DNA from: an uncultured virus (IMG/VR IMGVR_UViG_3300030117_008055)
Lineage: Duplodnaviria > Heunggongvirae > Uroviricota > Caudoviricetes
Virus record (IMG/VR): IMGVR_UViG_3300030117_008055
Location: 62,001 to 118,818 of that record
DNA length: 56,818 nt
Direction: 5' to 3' (one strand)
Part shown: piece by piece, positions 48,467 to 56,676 of the stretch
Numbering within the stretch: the stretch's first letter is position 1
Layout: every line of letters begins with the position of its first letter
Position numbers and translations under genes: made by a program
The notes under the pieces: model-generated
Told to the model about the DNA's origin: nothing
The model's database searches: none
The model's input: the letters and a program-made list of their open reading frames with translations, nothing else

Positions 48467-48494
48467 ACCTGTACGTCCTATAGTTACTTATAGG

Positions 48495-48782
48495 ATGTTA
48501 GGTTGTCTAAAAAGAAACTCTTGGCTGGTTTTGTGCCACATTTTGAACTTTCTTGACGCGATCTTAACCTTGTATGCCGTATCCAAAGGCGTTGAAGAGG
48601 CCAATCCAATCATGGCTTGGGCCTTGGAGGTTAGTCCATTGTTCTTCGCAGTGGTTAAGTTTACTGTCTTTGGTGTGGCGATTGATTTTCTTTCCCGAAA
48701 GCGTCCCGCTTATCTGATACCAGTCGCGTGTTTGTTTGGCTTAGTTGTTGCGTGGCACATTACATTCTGGATTATTTTGTAA
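48495..48782 (+). CDS. DUF5658-like membrane protein
   Basis: LNFLDAILT......EEANPIM and three TM helices. Confidence 0.7.
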   Translation: MLGCLKRNSWLVLCHILNFLDAILTLYAVSKGVEEANPIMAWALEVSPLFFAVVKFTVFGVAIDFLSRKRPAYLIPVACLFGLVVAWHITFWIIL

Positions 48783-48787
48783 AATCG

Positions 48788-48816
48788 TTTTACTCTAGCC
48801 ATGACGTACCTAGCTT
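48788..48816 (+). promoter_or_regulatory. Early promoter
   Basis: TTTTAC-N17-TAGCTT. Confidence 0.7.
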
Positions 48817-48833
48817 ATACACAGGAGGCAACA

Positions 48834-49010
48834 ATGACAGACGACAAACAAAGATTGCGAAATCTTGAACAGCTACATGAATCACTCACGTTCGCCCTGG
48901 AAGATGTTAAAAAAGAGATTGATCACATCACTCTTCGTCTCAAAAACAACCACGGCGGTGCCATGTCTGATTCCTTTTCAGAAAACAAGGAGAAGTTTTT
49001 AGCACCATGA
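48834..49010 (+). CDS. Small coiled-coil protein
   Basis: AGGAGG RBS before ATG 48834. Confidence 0.6.
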   Translation: MTDDKQRLRNLEQLHESLTFALEDVKKEIDHITLRLKNNHGGAMSDSFSENKEKFLAP

Positions 49011-49019
49011 GTATTAAAA

Positions 49020-49220
49020 ATGGGTAAAGAGTGGTATTACATTTCCAGCACAGGACAAAAAGATGAACAGAAACGAGATGTTAGTGGAGATCGCGAAGTC
49101 GATTTGGTTTTTTCTGATGATGACAGGTTTACTGTACTCGATGTCGTTCCTACAGTTAATGTACACGAACTAGAGAAGGACGACTCTGATGACAAAGATG
49201 ACGTGGGCGTATACCCCTGA
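49020..49220 (+). CDS. Hypothetical acidic protein
   Basis: ORF within the operon. Confidence 0.4.
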   Translation: MGKEWYYISSTGQKDEQKRDVSGDREVDLVFSDDDRFTVLDVVPTVNVHELEKDDSDDKDDVGVYP

Positions 49221-49464
49221 CATTCACCACCCAAACTTCGGTGCTCTCATCACTGACGAGCACGACGCAGGCCAGGTGATTGGTGAGCGTATTGCGATTC
49301 AAATCTTTAAGCGACAAGACGATGATTATTCGCTTCAGTATGCGTCTGTCGCCTGGAAGAAGGAAGCGGATCCTGAAAACATTCCTTGGGACGAAGAGAA
49401 CAAGGAGGAGATAGGCCAGCACTGGCGTTTTGTCTATCGATTCTATCCGAGGAAAAAAGCATGA
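49189..49464 (+). CDS. Hypothetical protein
   Basis: AAGGACGAC leader; ATGA overlap with the next gene. Confidence 0.55.
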   Translation: MTKMTWAYTPDIHHPNFGALITDEHDAGQVIGERIAIQIFKRQDDDYSLQYASVAWKKEADPENIPWDEENKEEIGQHWRFVYRFYPRKKA

Positions 49465-49724
49465 GACGTAGAGATAAAGTAAGAAACCGGCGCTTAACCG
49501 CTGAAGATAGAGCCCAGTTCACCCGTGAGCGACAAGCGATTGTTGGCTCGCTCATCACCCAGAAAGGTTTTGAAGGTGCGCTTGTAGTGGAGCACATCCG
49601 AGGCTCGCAGTATCTCATCCGTATGCCTGATGGCACCGAGGTCTTCGCCTCGCATAAAAAGCAGAGGGGCAGTGAAGACGCCATCACAAAAGCAGGCTGG
49701 AGATTGTGGGAGGATCGAAAATGA
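49461..49724 (+). CDS. Hypothetical basic protein
   Basis: GAGG RBS; ATGA overlaps at both ends. Confidence 0.6.
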   Translation: MRRRDKVRNRRLTAEDRAQFTRERQAIVGSLITQKGFEGALVVEHIRGSQYLIRMPDGTEVFASHKKQRGSEDAITKAGWRLWEDRK

Positions 49725-50032
49725 AATACTTTACTCTCGGAATCCTGTGCTTATTGTTATCTTGCTGCACGCTTGATTGGCATGTAGACAAAAACTGTGG
49801 GCCGGGAACAAACAGGACGTGCGGTCCAGCGACATACAACAACTCAGGATATTCTACAACTGTTGAAGTTTATTACGAAAGTTGTTATGACGAGCCATAT
49901 ATCGATGTGCCTGAGTGGTGTGATTGGTACAGCGACAACACAACATGTTGTGTTTGGTATGTTGATGGATGGTATGAAGAATGGTGCCAGTGGGGTAATG
50001 ACTTCTGCTGGGAATACAATGGAGCATGGTAA
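49721..50032 (+). CDS. Cys/Trp-rich putative lipoprotein
   Basis: Signal peptide ending LLLSC; W-C-rich C-terminus. Confidence 0.6.
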   Translation: MKYFTLGILCLLLSCCTLDWHVDKNCGPGTNRTCGPATYNNSGYSTTVEVYYESCYDEPYIDVPEWCDWYSDNTTCCVWYVDGWYEEWCQWGNDFCWEYNGAW

Positions 50033-50422
50033 ATGGGATATAGATCTGAAGCAATACTGGTAATCGATGCAGAGATTGTACCGGCTTTGATGGCTGCTTT
50101 CGCAAAATGCGAAGAGACACAAAAACTATGCACTCAGCACGTTGACAACCTCGACACTGACTATGACGGCAAAGGCAACTGGCTGATGCGCTGGGACCAT
50201 ATCAAGTGGTATGACAGCTTCCCAGAGATCGAGATGCTTAACAAGCTAATCGAGGCCATGGAGAGTGATGAACTCGACGAGTTTGGTATACCGTCCAACG
50301 ACCACGCGCCTATCTCCTCCGAGATGTTCCGCTTTGTTCGCGTAGGTGAGGATATGGACGACAACGAAGTCCGTGGCTATGGCTTTGATAACATTTACAT
50401 TTCCAGAGGTATTTCTTTTTAA
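50033..50422 (+). CDS. Phage hypothetical protein (MGYRSE...IKWY...FVRVGE..DD.E)
   Basis: Motif pattern recurrent in phage early regions. Confidence 0.65.
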   Translation: MGYRSEAILVIDAEIVPALMAAFAKCEETQKLCTQHVDNLDTDYDGKGNWLMRWDHIKWYDSFPEIEMLNKLIEAMESDELDEFGIPSNDHAPISSEMFRFVRVGEDMDDNEVRGYGFDNIYISRGISF

Positions 50423-50423
50423 T

Positions 50424-50452
50424 GTTTACTCTGCATTATTTGTTCCTATGGT
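50424..50452 (+). promoter_or_regulatory. Early promoter, probably leaderless for ORF 50459
   Basis: GTTTAC-N17-TATGGT; ATG 6 nt downstream. Confidence 0.8.
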
Positions 50453-50458
50453 ATCAAC

Positions 50459-50662
50459 ATGGAAGGACGACCCCCGAAACCACGCCTTGGCGACCTAGTA
50501 AGGATTAGAAAAGACTATCCTAACGAAGAGGCGGCAGGCATGATTGGCCTAGTGACAAAGACAGTAGGCATCGAGTGCATCGTTCAACCGGCTGGAATAC
50601 ATTCACAAAATCCACTTGCCAAGCCATGGTGGCTAGCTCGCAGTGACCTAGAGGTGCTCTAA
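50459..50662 (+). CDS. 'GDLV' family SH3-like protein
   Basis: PRLGDLVRI...GLV...WW...DLEVL. Confidence 0.7.
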   Translation: MEGRPPKPRLGDLVRIRKDYPNEEAAGMIGLVTKTVGIECIVQPAGIHSQNPLAKPWWLARSDLEVL

Positions 50663-50856
50663 TGTTTGATTGGTCAATGAAACCCCCCAAGCCAACCTAT
50701 AACTACTACTGCGGCTCGTGCGGCTGCAAGTACATCAACAGGCCCGGTGCTACACGATCGGCTTGTTCGGCTAACTGCTACGCCTGTGGCAGTAGTCGGA
50801 TCATTCGCTACGAGTGGGCCACAGATGATGAGGGCAAGAAAAATGCAAGTCGGTGA
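50662..50856 (+). CDS. Small Zn-ribbon protein
   Basis: YNYYCGSCG...CYACGS; ends in a junction (NASR). Confidence 0.6.
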   Translation: MFDWSMKPPKPTYNYYCGSCGCKYINRPGATRSACSANCYACGSSRIIRYEWATDDEGKKNASR

Positions 50857-51037
50857 TTTGATTAGGTTTTCTTCAACAGGGTGCCAGGGCCTTGTGATCA
50901 AGATACGCAATCACGATGCAGGTGAATATGTGCATTTGCTTTGTGGTCCTGATCCTGACGGGGATGATGTAGGTGAGTTAGCCTTTCCTAAGTTTTATCT
51001 CGCATCGGTAGCGGAGGTTATCAATGAAAGTCGGTGA
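50843..51037 (+). CDS. MQVGD-family protein
   Basis: ATG at 50843 in the junction; ends EVINESR. Confidence 0.7.
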   Translation: MQVGDLIRFSSTGCQGLVIKIRNHDAGEYVHLLCGPDPDGDDVGELAFPKFYLASVAEVINESR

Positions 51038-51206
51038 TTTAGTTAGCGTAAGAACAGCACACTACGGCACAAAGCTGGGCGTGCTAGTTCAGAGTTATGA
51101 GCGTTACGATTGGAAGGGTGACGAGTGGCGTGTAAAAATGCTGGATCATCCGCGTGACGTACATGCTGCTGAGTGCGATCTGGAGGTCGTTAGTGAAAGT
51201 CGGTGA
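51024..51206 (+). CDS. MKVGD-family protein
   Basis: Junction at both ends. Confidence 0.75.
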   Translation: MKVGDLVSVRTAHYGTKLGVLVQSYERYDWKGDEWRVKMLDHPRDVHAAECDLEVVSESR

Positions 51207-51348
51207 TATTGTTAAGTATTTTGGTGATGTTGCTGTTGTGCTGTCGCGACCAAACCAAGGTGGCACCGTGCAGGTTCTTAGCTCCCAGAAGGACAAAGTA
51301 GTTTGGTTTGTCACGTCAGAGTGTGAGGTTATCAGTGCAAGTCGGTGA
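51193..51348 (+). CDS. MKVGD-family protein
   Basis: GTG at 51193 in the junction; ends EVISASR. Confidence 0.7.
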   Translation: MKVGDIVKYFGDVAVVLSRPNQGGTVQVLSSQKDKVVWFVTSECEVISASR

Positions 51349-51538
51349 TCTAGTTAAACTTTTGAACGACCCAGAGGTCTACAGAAACAACGCAGAGATT
51401 CCTCCCGATGCCGTGGGCCTCGTCGTCGATCACGACGAGCCTTGGCTAATCGCCGGTCCTCTAAAATCTATGTGGGTCCAGTGGAATGGCCGATGGGACT
51501 GGGATTCGATGTACGTCGAGGACTTAGAAAAACTTTGA
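51335..51538 (+). CDS. MQVGD-family protein
   Basis: GTG at 51335 in the junction; VGLVV...WVQW...EDLEKL. Confidence 0.7.
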   Translation: MQVGDLVKLLNDPEVYRNNAEIPPDAVGLVVDHDEPWLIAGPLKSMWVQWNGRWDWDSMYVEDLEKL

Positions 51539-51545
51539 TCAAAGT

Positions 51546-51574
51546 GTTTACTATTTTTTTCTCGTGAATACATT
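51546..51574 (+). promoter_or_regulatory. Early promoter
   Basis: A-tract followed by GTTTAC-N17-TACATT. Confidence 0.75.
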
Positions 51575-51591
51575 AAAGACGTACCCGGACA

Positions 51592-52251
51592 ATGGAGACG
51601 ACCATGGGACACTACGGACGACGCTACAATCGACAGCCTCGACAGAACAACCCTGAGCTTGTTGCTCGCATTGAGAAAACAGTCGCACAAGGTGTCTCAA
51701 CATTGACCGACTGGGAGCGCAGCTTCCTAAGTTCTTTGCTGGAGTCTGCTAACAAGTGGGGTCGCCTGACTGCAAAGCAACATGAGGTTTATCAACGCAT
51801 CGAGAAGAAGTCCGATCCAGCTTTTCAATCTGCACGCAAAGCATGGAATGATTCGTGGGGTGATGAAAAGCGGACCATGCTTGTTTTTGCTGCGAACTAT
51901 TACAAAGCTAACCCACCCTACTACGGTGATGTTGCTAGCAGAATCCTTAATGATCCCAACTACATACCATCTGAAAAGCTATACCGCAAGATGGTTGAGA
52001 ACAAGTACGTCCAGCGAGCGATGACAAACGCTGCTGCGACTCCTCTTTATGCAGTAGGCACGATGGTTACGATTCGTGACTCGTTGAATGTTCCTTTGCG
52101 AAGCCTCCGAGGCCAGGATGTGCTTGTAGTAGACGTTGAGACGGATGTCTTACACGCTACCAAGGGCTCACGTTCCTACACTGTTCTGCCCATTGGCGCA
52201 GGAGAAACTTTAGCGATTCAGGAGCGTTGGCTTAAAAAGTCAAGAAAGTAA
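51592..52251 (+). CDS. Hypothetical protein with C-terminal SH3-like domain
   Basis: LTDWERSFL.SL...LTAKQ N-terminus; YAVGTMV C-terminal barrel. Confidence 0.65.
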   Translation: METTMGHYGRRYNRQPRQNNPELVARIEKTVAQGVSTLTDWERSFLSSLLESANKWGRLTAKQHEVYQRIEKKSDPAFQSARKAWNDSWGDEKRTMLVFAANYYKANPPYYGDVASRILNDPNYIPSEKLYRKMVENKYVQRAMTNAAATPLYAVGTMVTIRDSLNVPLRSLRGQDVLVVDVETDVLHATKGSRSYTVLPIGAGETLAIQERWLKKSRK

Positions 52252-52259
52252 AAAAAAGT

Positions 52260-52288
52260 GTTTACCAGCCTAGACTGGTTCCTAAGTT
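52260..52288 (+). promoter_or_regulatory. Early promoter with 5' leader hairpin (ATGTCGG-AAGGC-CCGACAT)
   Basis: A-tract followed by GTTTAC-N17-TAAGTT. Confidence 0.75.
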
Positions 52289-52347
52289 GTTTATGTCGGA
52301 AGGCCCGACATCAAATATGTTTCCCCTTAGCCTGACACGGAGTTATC

Positions 52348-53418
52348 ATGGCTATCGATTTTAAGACTTTTACTTCTGTCGCCCCCCATGTCCTCGCGGT
52401 CAAGAAGCCGCTCATGCTCCGTGGTCGTCACGGCGTAGGCAAGTCTGAGCTTGTCTATCAGGTTGCATCCACTATGGATCTTCCTGTCGTTGAGCGTCGC
52501 GCATCACAGATGACTGAGGGCGACCTCGTTGGCCTTCCTCGCACGGATGGCGACGTGACTTCGTTTTGTGCGCCTGACTGGCTGGACGAGTGCTGCAACA
52601 ACGCACGCTTGCTCTTCCTCGATGAGGTTGACCGCGCCATTCCAGAGGTGCGCCAGGGCATCTTCGAGCTTACCGACTCTCGCAAGATTTTCGGTAACTA
52701 CCTCCACCCCGATACCGTCGTGATTGCTGCCGTCAACGGTGGCGAGCATGGCTCACAGTATCAGGTGGGCGAGATGGACCCTGCGGAGCTTGACCGCTGG
52801 ACCGTCTTCGACGTGGAGCCCACGACCGAGGACTGGCTCGACTGGGCCAAGGGCAACGTGGCCACTGAGGTCTGGGACTTCATCAACCAGAACCGCTCTC
52901 ACTTGGAGCATGGCGAGGACTACGAGCCCAACAAGGTTTACCCTTCGCGACGTTCTTGGAAGCGTCTGAACGATTGTCTCGTGTCCGCTGGGATGCTCGG
53001 TGTCGAGGACCACAACCCTGTCATCTTCCACCTTGCCACTGGCTTTGTCGGTTTCGAGGCTGCTGTATCCTTCAACGACTTCGTGAAGAACTACGAGCGA
53101 CAGGTCACGGTCGAGATGATCCTCGATGATGGCAAGGTCAATAAGACTTCTGACTTCAACATCAATGAGCACTGCGCTCTCATCGAGAAGATGGAGTCCG
53201 TCGAGGCTTTCAACGAGCCACTCACTGATGATCAGTGCAAGAACCTTGCCAACTACTTCGTAGCGCTTCCCTCCGAGGCTGTCATGAAGTTGTGGCAGGT
53301 GCTTGGCAAGGGCAACATCGACAACGTGACCAAGTTTCACAAGGCTCAGGCCGACAATGGCGAGACGGTCGCAGGCAAGCTAGTCACTATCCTGACTGGC
53401 AAGTCGAATGAGTCATAG
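52348..53418 (+). CDS. MoxR-like AAA+ ATPase
   Basis: Walker A GRHGVGKS, Walker B LLFLDEVDRA, AAVN, MDPAELDRW and PSRRSW. Confidence 0.9.
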   Translation: MAIDFKTFTSVAPHVLAVKKPLMLRGRHGVGKSELVYQVASTMDLPVVERRASQMTEGDLVGLPRTDGDVTSFCAPDWLDECCNNARLLFLDEVDRAIPEVRQGIFELTDSRKIFGNYLHPDTVVIAAVNGGEHGSQYQVGEMDPAELDRWTVFDVEPTTEDWLDWAKGNVATEVWDFINQNRSHLEHGEDYEPNKVYPSRRSWKRLNDCLVSAGMLGVEDHNPVIFHLATGFVGFEAAVSFNDFVKNYERQVTVEMILDDGKVNKTSDFNINEHCALIEKMESVEAFNEPLTDDQCKNLANYFVALPSEAVMKLWQVLGKGNIDNVTKFHKAQADNGETVAGKLVTILTGKSNES

Positions 53419-53426
53419 GGCTCAGG

Positions 53427-53456
53427 CGCAGGGAGGCATGGCTCACAGATGCCTCA
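53427..53456 (+). other. Conserved RNA hairpin element, copy 2
   Basis: CGCAGG-GAGGCAT-GGCTCACAG-ATGCCTC-A. Confidence 0.7.
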
Positions 53457-53652
53457 ACTCTTTGAAATCATGGAGGTTTCAAATGCTATAACTATTAACT
53501 TATTGATTTTATTATGAAAGCTCCCAGCAGCGACGATGGAGCCAAGGTATTGGACCCGCACTTTTTGCCTGTAAGTGTGCGGAATGTAAGAAAAAACCAA
53601 AACAGGATAGCACGGTCGCTCTGCTAGAAAACGACCCTTCGCTGCTTTTTTT

Positions 53653-53681
53653 ATTTACTCTGCACGTTACGTGTCTATGTT
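53653..53681 (+). promoter_or_regulatory. Early promoter
   Basis: ATTTAC-N17-TATGTT. Confidence 0.75.
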
Positions 53682-53715
53682 GCTTGTGTACCCAACGACG
53701 ACGACGGAGGACACA

Positions 53716-54996
53716 ATGTCCGACTTCAATCTTAACGACCATGTTTACCGACTGCTTCAGTCGGAGCCTTTCTTCGCTGCGCTCTCGCGACGCATCGAGA
53801 AGAAGATGAACAAGTCCATCCCGACCGCTGGTGTGCGCGTCAACGAGGATGGCTACTTCGAGATGGTCTACAATCCAGACTTCTTCGAGCCGCTCACGGA
53901 CAAGCAGCGCACTGGTGTGCTGGTCCACGAGTTCTATCACCTTGTCTTCGAGCATGTCACTGGTCGTCTTCCTGATGATCTAGCTGGTGTTATGCAGGGC
54001 AAGCCTTCGCCTGAGCAGGCGCAGAAGTTCAAGCTGTGGAACATCGCAGCAGATCTCTCTATCAACTATCATATCGGCGCAGACAATCTGCCTGAGAAGT
54101 GCTGCATCCCTGGCGGTCCTATGTTCGAGGACATGCCTGGAGACAAGACCGCTGAGTGGTACTACGACAAGCTGATTCAGAAGGTCGAGGAGCAGCAACA
54201 GCAGAGTCAAGGCCAAGGCGAACCAGGCGAGGGTGACGGTCAGGGCGGAGGCTCAGGCACACCCGGTGACCAGCCATTCGATCCTGATGCAGCAGGCCAG
54301 TTCGACTCGCATGACGAGTGGGGCGAGGGTCAGGCCAATGAGATCGCCCAAGAGGCCCTGGACATCGCCAAGGAGCGACTCAAGGAGGCCGTGAAGGATG
54401 CTGCCTCGGAGTCATCCAGCAAGGGCTGGGGCTCTGTCTCTGCGTCCTGTCGCAAGGAGATCATGGAGCGTCTCACGTCCAAGGTGGACTGGCGCAAGGT
54501 ACTTCGCTACTTCGTCAAGACCTCGCAGCGTGCCAACAAGCGCAGCACGCCCAAGCGCCTGAACCGTCGCTACGCCTACGTCCACCCAGGTCGCAAGGTC
54601 AATCGCACTGCCAACATCGCAGTCAGCATCGACCAGTCTGGCTCTGTGTCTGACTCCATGCTCGCTGCCTTCTATGCTGAACTGAACAAACTGGCAGACC
54701 TTGCCACGTTCACCGTCATTCCCTTCGACACCCGCGTCGCAGAGGACAAGGTGTTCGTTTGGAAGAAGGGCCAGAGTCATCCTCAGAAGCGCTACATGTA
54801 CGGCGGAACCTGCTTCAACGCTCCCACTGAGTACGTCAACAGCAAGGGCAACTTCGACGGTCACATCGTCCTGACGGACATGGAGGCCCCCAAGCCTAAG
54901 CCCAGCAAGTGTCAAAGGATGTGGATGACCACGAGCTATCACGCGCAGCGTCCCTACTTCGCAACCAGCGAGCGCATCATCGGCATTGATGAATGA
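53716..54996 (+). CDS. DUF2201-type metallopeptidase-VWA protein (MoxR partner)
   Basis: HEFYH, WNIAADLSIN, MIDAS DQSGS, GGTCF and LTD; GGAGG RBS at ATG 53716. Confidence 0.88.
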   Translation: MSDFNLNDHVYRLLQSEPFFAALSRRIEKKMNKSIPTAGVRVNEDGYFEMVYNPDFFEPLTDKQRTGVLVHEFYHLVFEHVTGRLPDDLAGVMQGKPSPEQAQKFKLWNIAADLSINYHIGADNLPEKCCIPGGPMFEDMPGDKTAEWYYDKLIQKVEEQQQQSQGQGEPGEGDGQGGGSGTPGDQPFDPDAAGQFDSHDEWGEGQANEIAQEALDIAKERLKEAVKDAASESSSKGWGSVSASCRKEIMERLTSKVDWRKVLRYFVKTSQRANKRSTPKRLNRRYAYVHPGRKVNRTANIAVSIDQSGSVSDSMLAAFYAELNKLADLATFTVIPFDTRVAEDKVFVWKKGQSHPQKRYMYGGTCFNAPTEYVNSKGNFDGHIVLTDMEAPKPKPSKCQRMWMTTSYHAQRPYFATSERIIGIDE

Positions 54997-55130
54997 TGGA
55001 GTGGGGCATGATTATCGTTAAGGCCATGGGCCTCTATGCCCTGATGGGCCTCGTGACACTGATCACAATCAAATACATTTCAGATAAAGATTAATCATTC
55101 CAGGTGCTTGTAAGTTTTTTACTCGCGCCT

Positions 55131-55159
55131 GTTTACCCGCACGGATCCGTGCCTATGTT
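55131..55159 (+). promoter_or_regulatory. Early promoter
   Basis: GTTTAC-N17-TATGTT. Confidence 0.8.
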
Positions 55160-55188
55160 ATACGTGTTCCAAACAGAGGAGAGTCACA

Positions 55189-55368
55189 ATGCAAGACAAA
55201 ACCTTCTACGTACACTACGAACTAAAGTATAAAAAAGATACTTACTGTTACGCGGACGAGCTTCAAGCTAAGTCCTTCGCGGAAGCCGAGCGCATCATAA
55301 AGGAGCGCTACGGTAATGAGCCGCCCCCTTCGCTCAACATCACTTCAATCAAATCGTTCAGCCTTTAG
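55189..55368 (+). CDS. 59-aa hypothetical protein (not in ORF track)
   Basis: GAGGAG RBS; MQDKTFYVHYELK...AKSFAEAERIIKERYG. Confidence 0.65.
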   Translation: MQDKTFYVHYELKYKKDTYCYADELQAKSFAEAERIIKERYGNEPPPSLNITSIKSFSL

Positions 55369-55376
55369 GAGAGAAC

Positions 55377-55565
55377 ATGACCCGCAAAGATTTTCAGATG
55401 ATTGCAGATGTCGTTAAGACTATCGAAGACCACCACACCCGCCACACAGTCGCGATGAACTTCGCGGTCAAGCTGAAGGATGTCAATCCTCGCTTTGATA
55501 TCAGCCGATTCGTCGGTGCGTGCAACAGCTACGCGAAGCCGGATTCAGTCGAGGTGAAGTTCTAA
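55377..55565 (+). CDS. Small phage protein (MTRKDF...NPRFD..RF)
   Basis: Motif pattern; AGGAG RBS. Confidence 0.7.
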   Translation: MTRKDFQMIADVVKTIEDHHTRHTVAMNFAVKLKDVNPRFDISRFVGACNSYAKPDSVEVKF

Positions 55566-55695
55566 TGGGAAAGTTGCTCATGCTGCTCGCCGTCTTCACG
55601 GCGGGCTACCTCTGGGGCGACGTCGCCCTGGCACACGCTATCGATCTCTGGCAAGATTTGTCCGAGACATCCCGAATCAAGCTGGAGAACCCATA

Positions 55696-55923
55696 ATGGC
55701 AAGAGACATTCCAAGAGTTATGAAACACGCTGACGCAGTGCGTCACTTTGAAGAAGAGATGATGCCCGGTATCCGAGCCATCGAGGCCACACAATCTGGC
55801 AACCCTGACTGGCCCCGCCGCTGCGAGGCTTGGAACAACTGGACCGATGCCTTGTGCAAAAACGAGCAGATCTCTGACTGGCAGTACGAGAACTGGTCGC
55901 ACCCTCCAAGTTGTGGAGATTAA
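55696..55923 (+). CDS. Small phage protein (EAWNNWTDALCK..QI..WQY.NW..P)
   Basis: GGAG RBS; motif pattern. Confidence 0.65.
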   Translation: MARDIPRVMKHADAVRHFEEEMMPGIRAIEATQSGNPDWPRRCEAWNNWTDALCKNEQISDWQYENWSHPPSCGD

Positions 55924-56026
55924 AGGTGGAATCGATTCTGCTCTATATCTTTGTCTGGCTGGTGCTAGCTCAGATGGTTGAGCAATAGTTTTTTGCTCGT
56001 GCGTGCATAGTTTTTTGCTCGCGCCC

Positions 56027-56055
56027 CTTTACACACGTGAAACGGTGCTTATTGT
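56027..56055 (+). promoter_or_regulatory. Early promoter
   Basis: CTTTAC-N17-TATTGT. Confidence 0.75.
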
Positions 56056-56083
56056 ATAGGTGTCGAAAAGACAAGGAGACGAC

Positions 56084-56383
56084 ATGCGTAAGAATCAGAA
56101 GATTTCAGTCCGAGGCGACCACAAGCGAGCAGCGCGAAACGAGGGCAAGCCCCGTATCGGTCAGGTGAGAATCCCAGCACGCAACATGCCTCACACAATG
56201 TTTCGTCGTGCATGGCTCGGTGACGGCACACAAGTTGCTATCGCTCGGTCCAACGATCGTTTTATCTGTGGGCATTTTGACGCTCACGAGCAGCCCCTCT
56301 GTAGGGCAACCGTCTTCGAGGGCGGCTCTGCTGAGTCTCGCGCCCTTCTCTGGCTTAAGCGCCAGAGGATGATTAATGGCTGA
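56084..56383 (+). CDS. Hypothetical basic protein
   Basis: AGGAGACGAC-ATG leader. Confidence 0.6.
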   Translation: MRKNQKISVRGDHKRAARNEGKPRIGQVRIPARNMPHTMFRRAWLGDGTQVAIARSNDRFICGHFDAHEQPLCRATVFEGGSAESRALLWLKRQRMING

Positions 56384-56612
56384 TTGGCCACCCGACGTGG
56401 GCGACTTGGTGCGAGTGATCGCGCCCGGTCATGATCCATCGGGTCCAGCGCTTGTTGTCGAGAAGGACAAAGGCGGATGGCTCAGGCTCAAATGGGCAGT
56501 CGGAGAGCCTGAAGGCTACGATGGATACGACAGATGGTATCCACCGGCAAAAGTCATAATGATTTCAAGAGCTTGTGAGAAAGATGAAGAATCTTTCAAA
56601 AAAAACACCTGA
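56376..56612 (+). CDS. 'GDLV' family SH3-like protein
   Basis: PDVGDLVRV...ALVV...LKW...WY. Confidence 0.65.
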   Translation: MADWPPDVGDLVRVIAPGHDPSGPALVVEKDKGGWLRLKWAVGEPEGYDGYDRWYPPAKVIMISRACEKDEESFKKNT

Positions 56613-56616
56613 CCCC

Positions 56617-56645
56617 CTTGTCTGGGCGAAAACGGTTCTTACTTT
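56617..56645 (+). promoter_or_regulatory. Early promoter variant
   Basis: CTTGTC-N17-TACTTT; downstream part nearly duplicates the 56027 promoter/leader. Confidence 0.55.
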
Positions 56646-56676
56646 ATAGGTGTCCAAGAGAGACGGAGACGACGAC

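Larger units (their letters stand above)
46895..51348 (+). repeat. Dispersed ~24-nt gene-junction repeat GAG(G/T)T(T/G)ATCARTGMAAGTCGGTGA (about 9 good and 2 degenerate copies, in clusters 46895-48004 and 50843-51348)
   Basis: Copies end at 46918, 47343, 47491, 47666, 47817, 50856, 51037, 51206 and 51348; degenerate copies end at 47096 and 48004. Confidence 0.9.

Noticed and set aside
46895..51348. Junction repeats as a CRISPR array or classical integron attC sites
   Set aside because: The intervening segments are 140-250 nt ORFs, the repeat is non-palindromic and coding, and there is no integrase or attC-type inverted core in the window.
52458..54942. Long minus-strand ORFs (52753-53340, 53512-53955, 54412-54942)
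   Set aside because: They are antisense shadows of GC-rich, codon-biased + strand genes, with no RBS or motifs.
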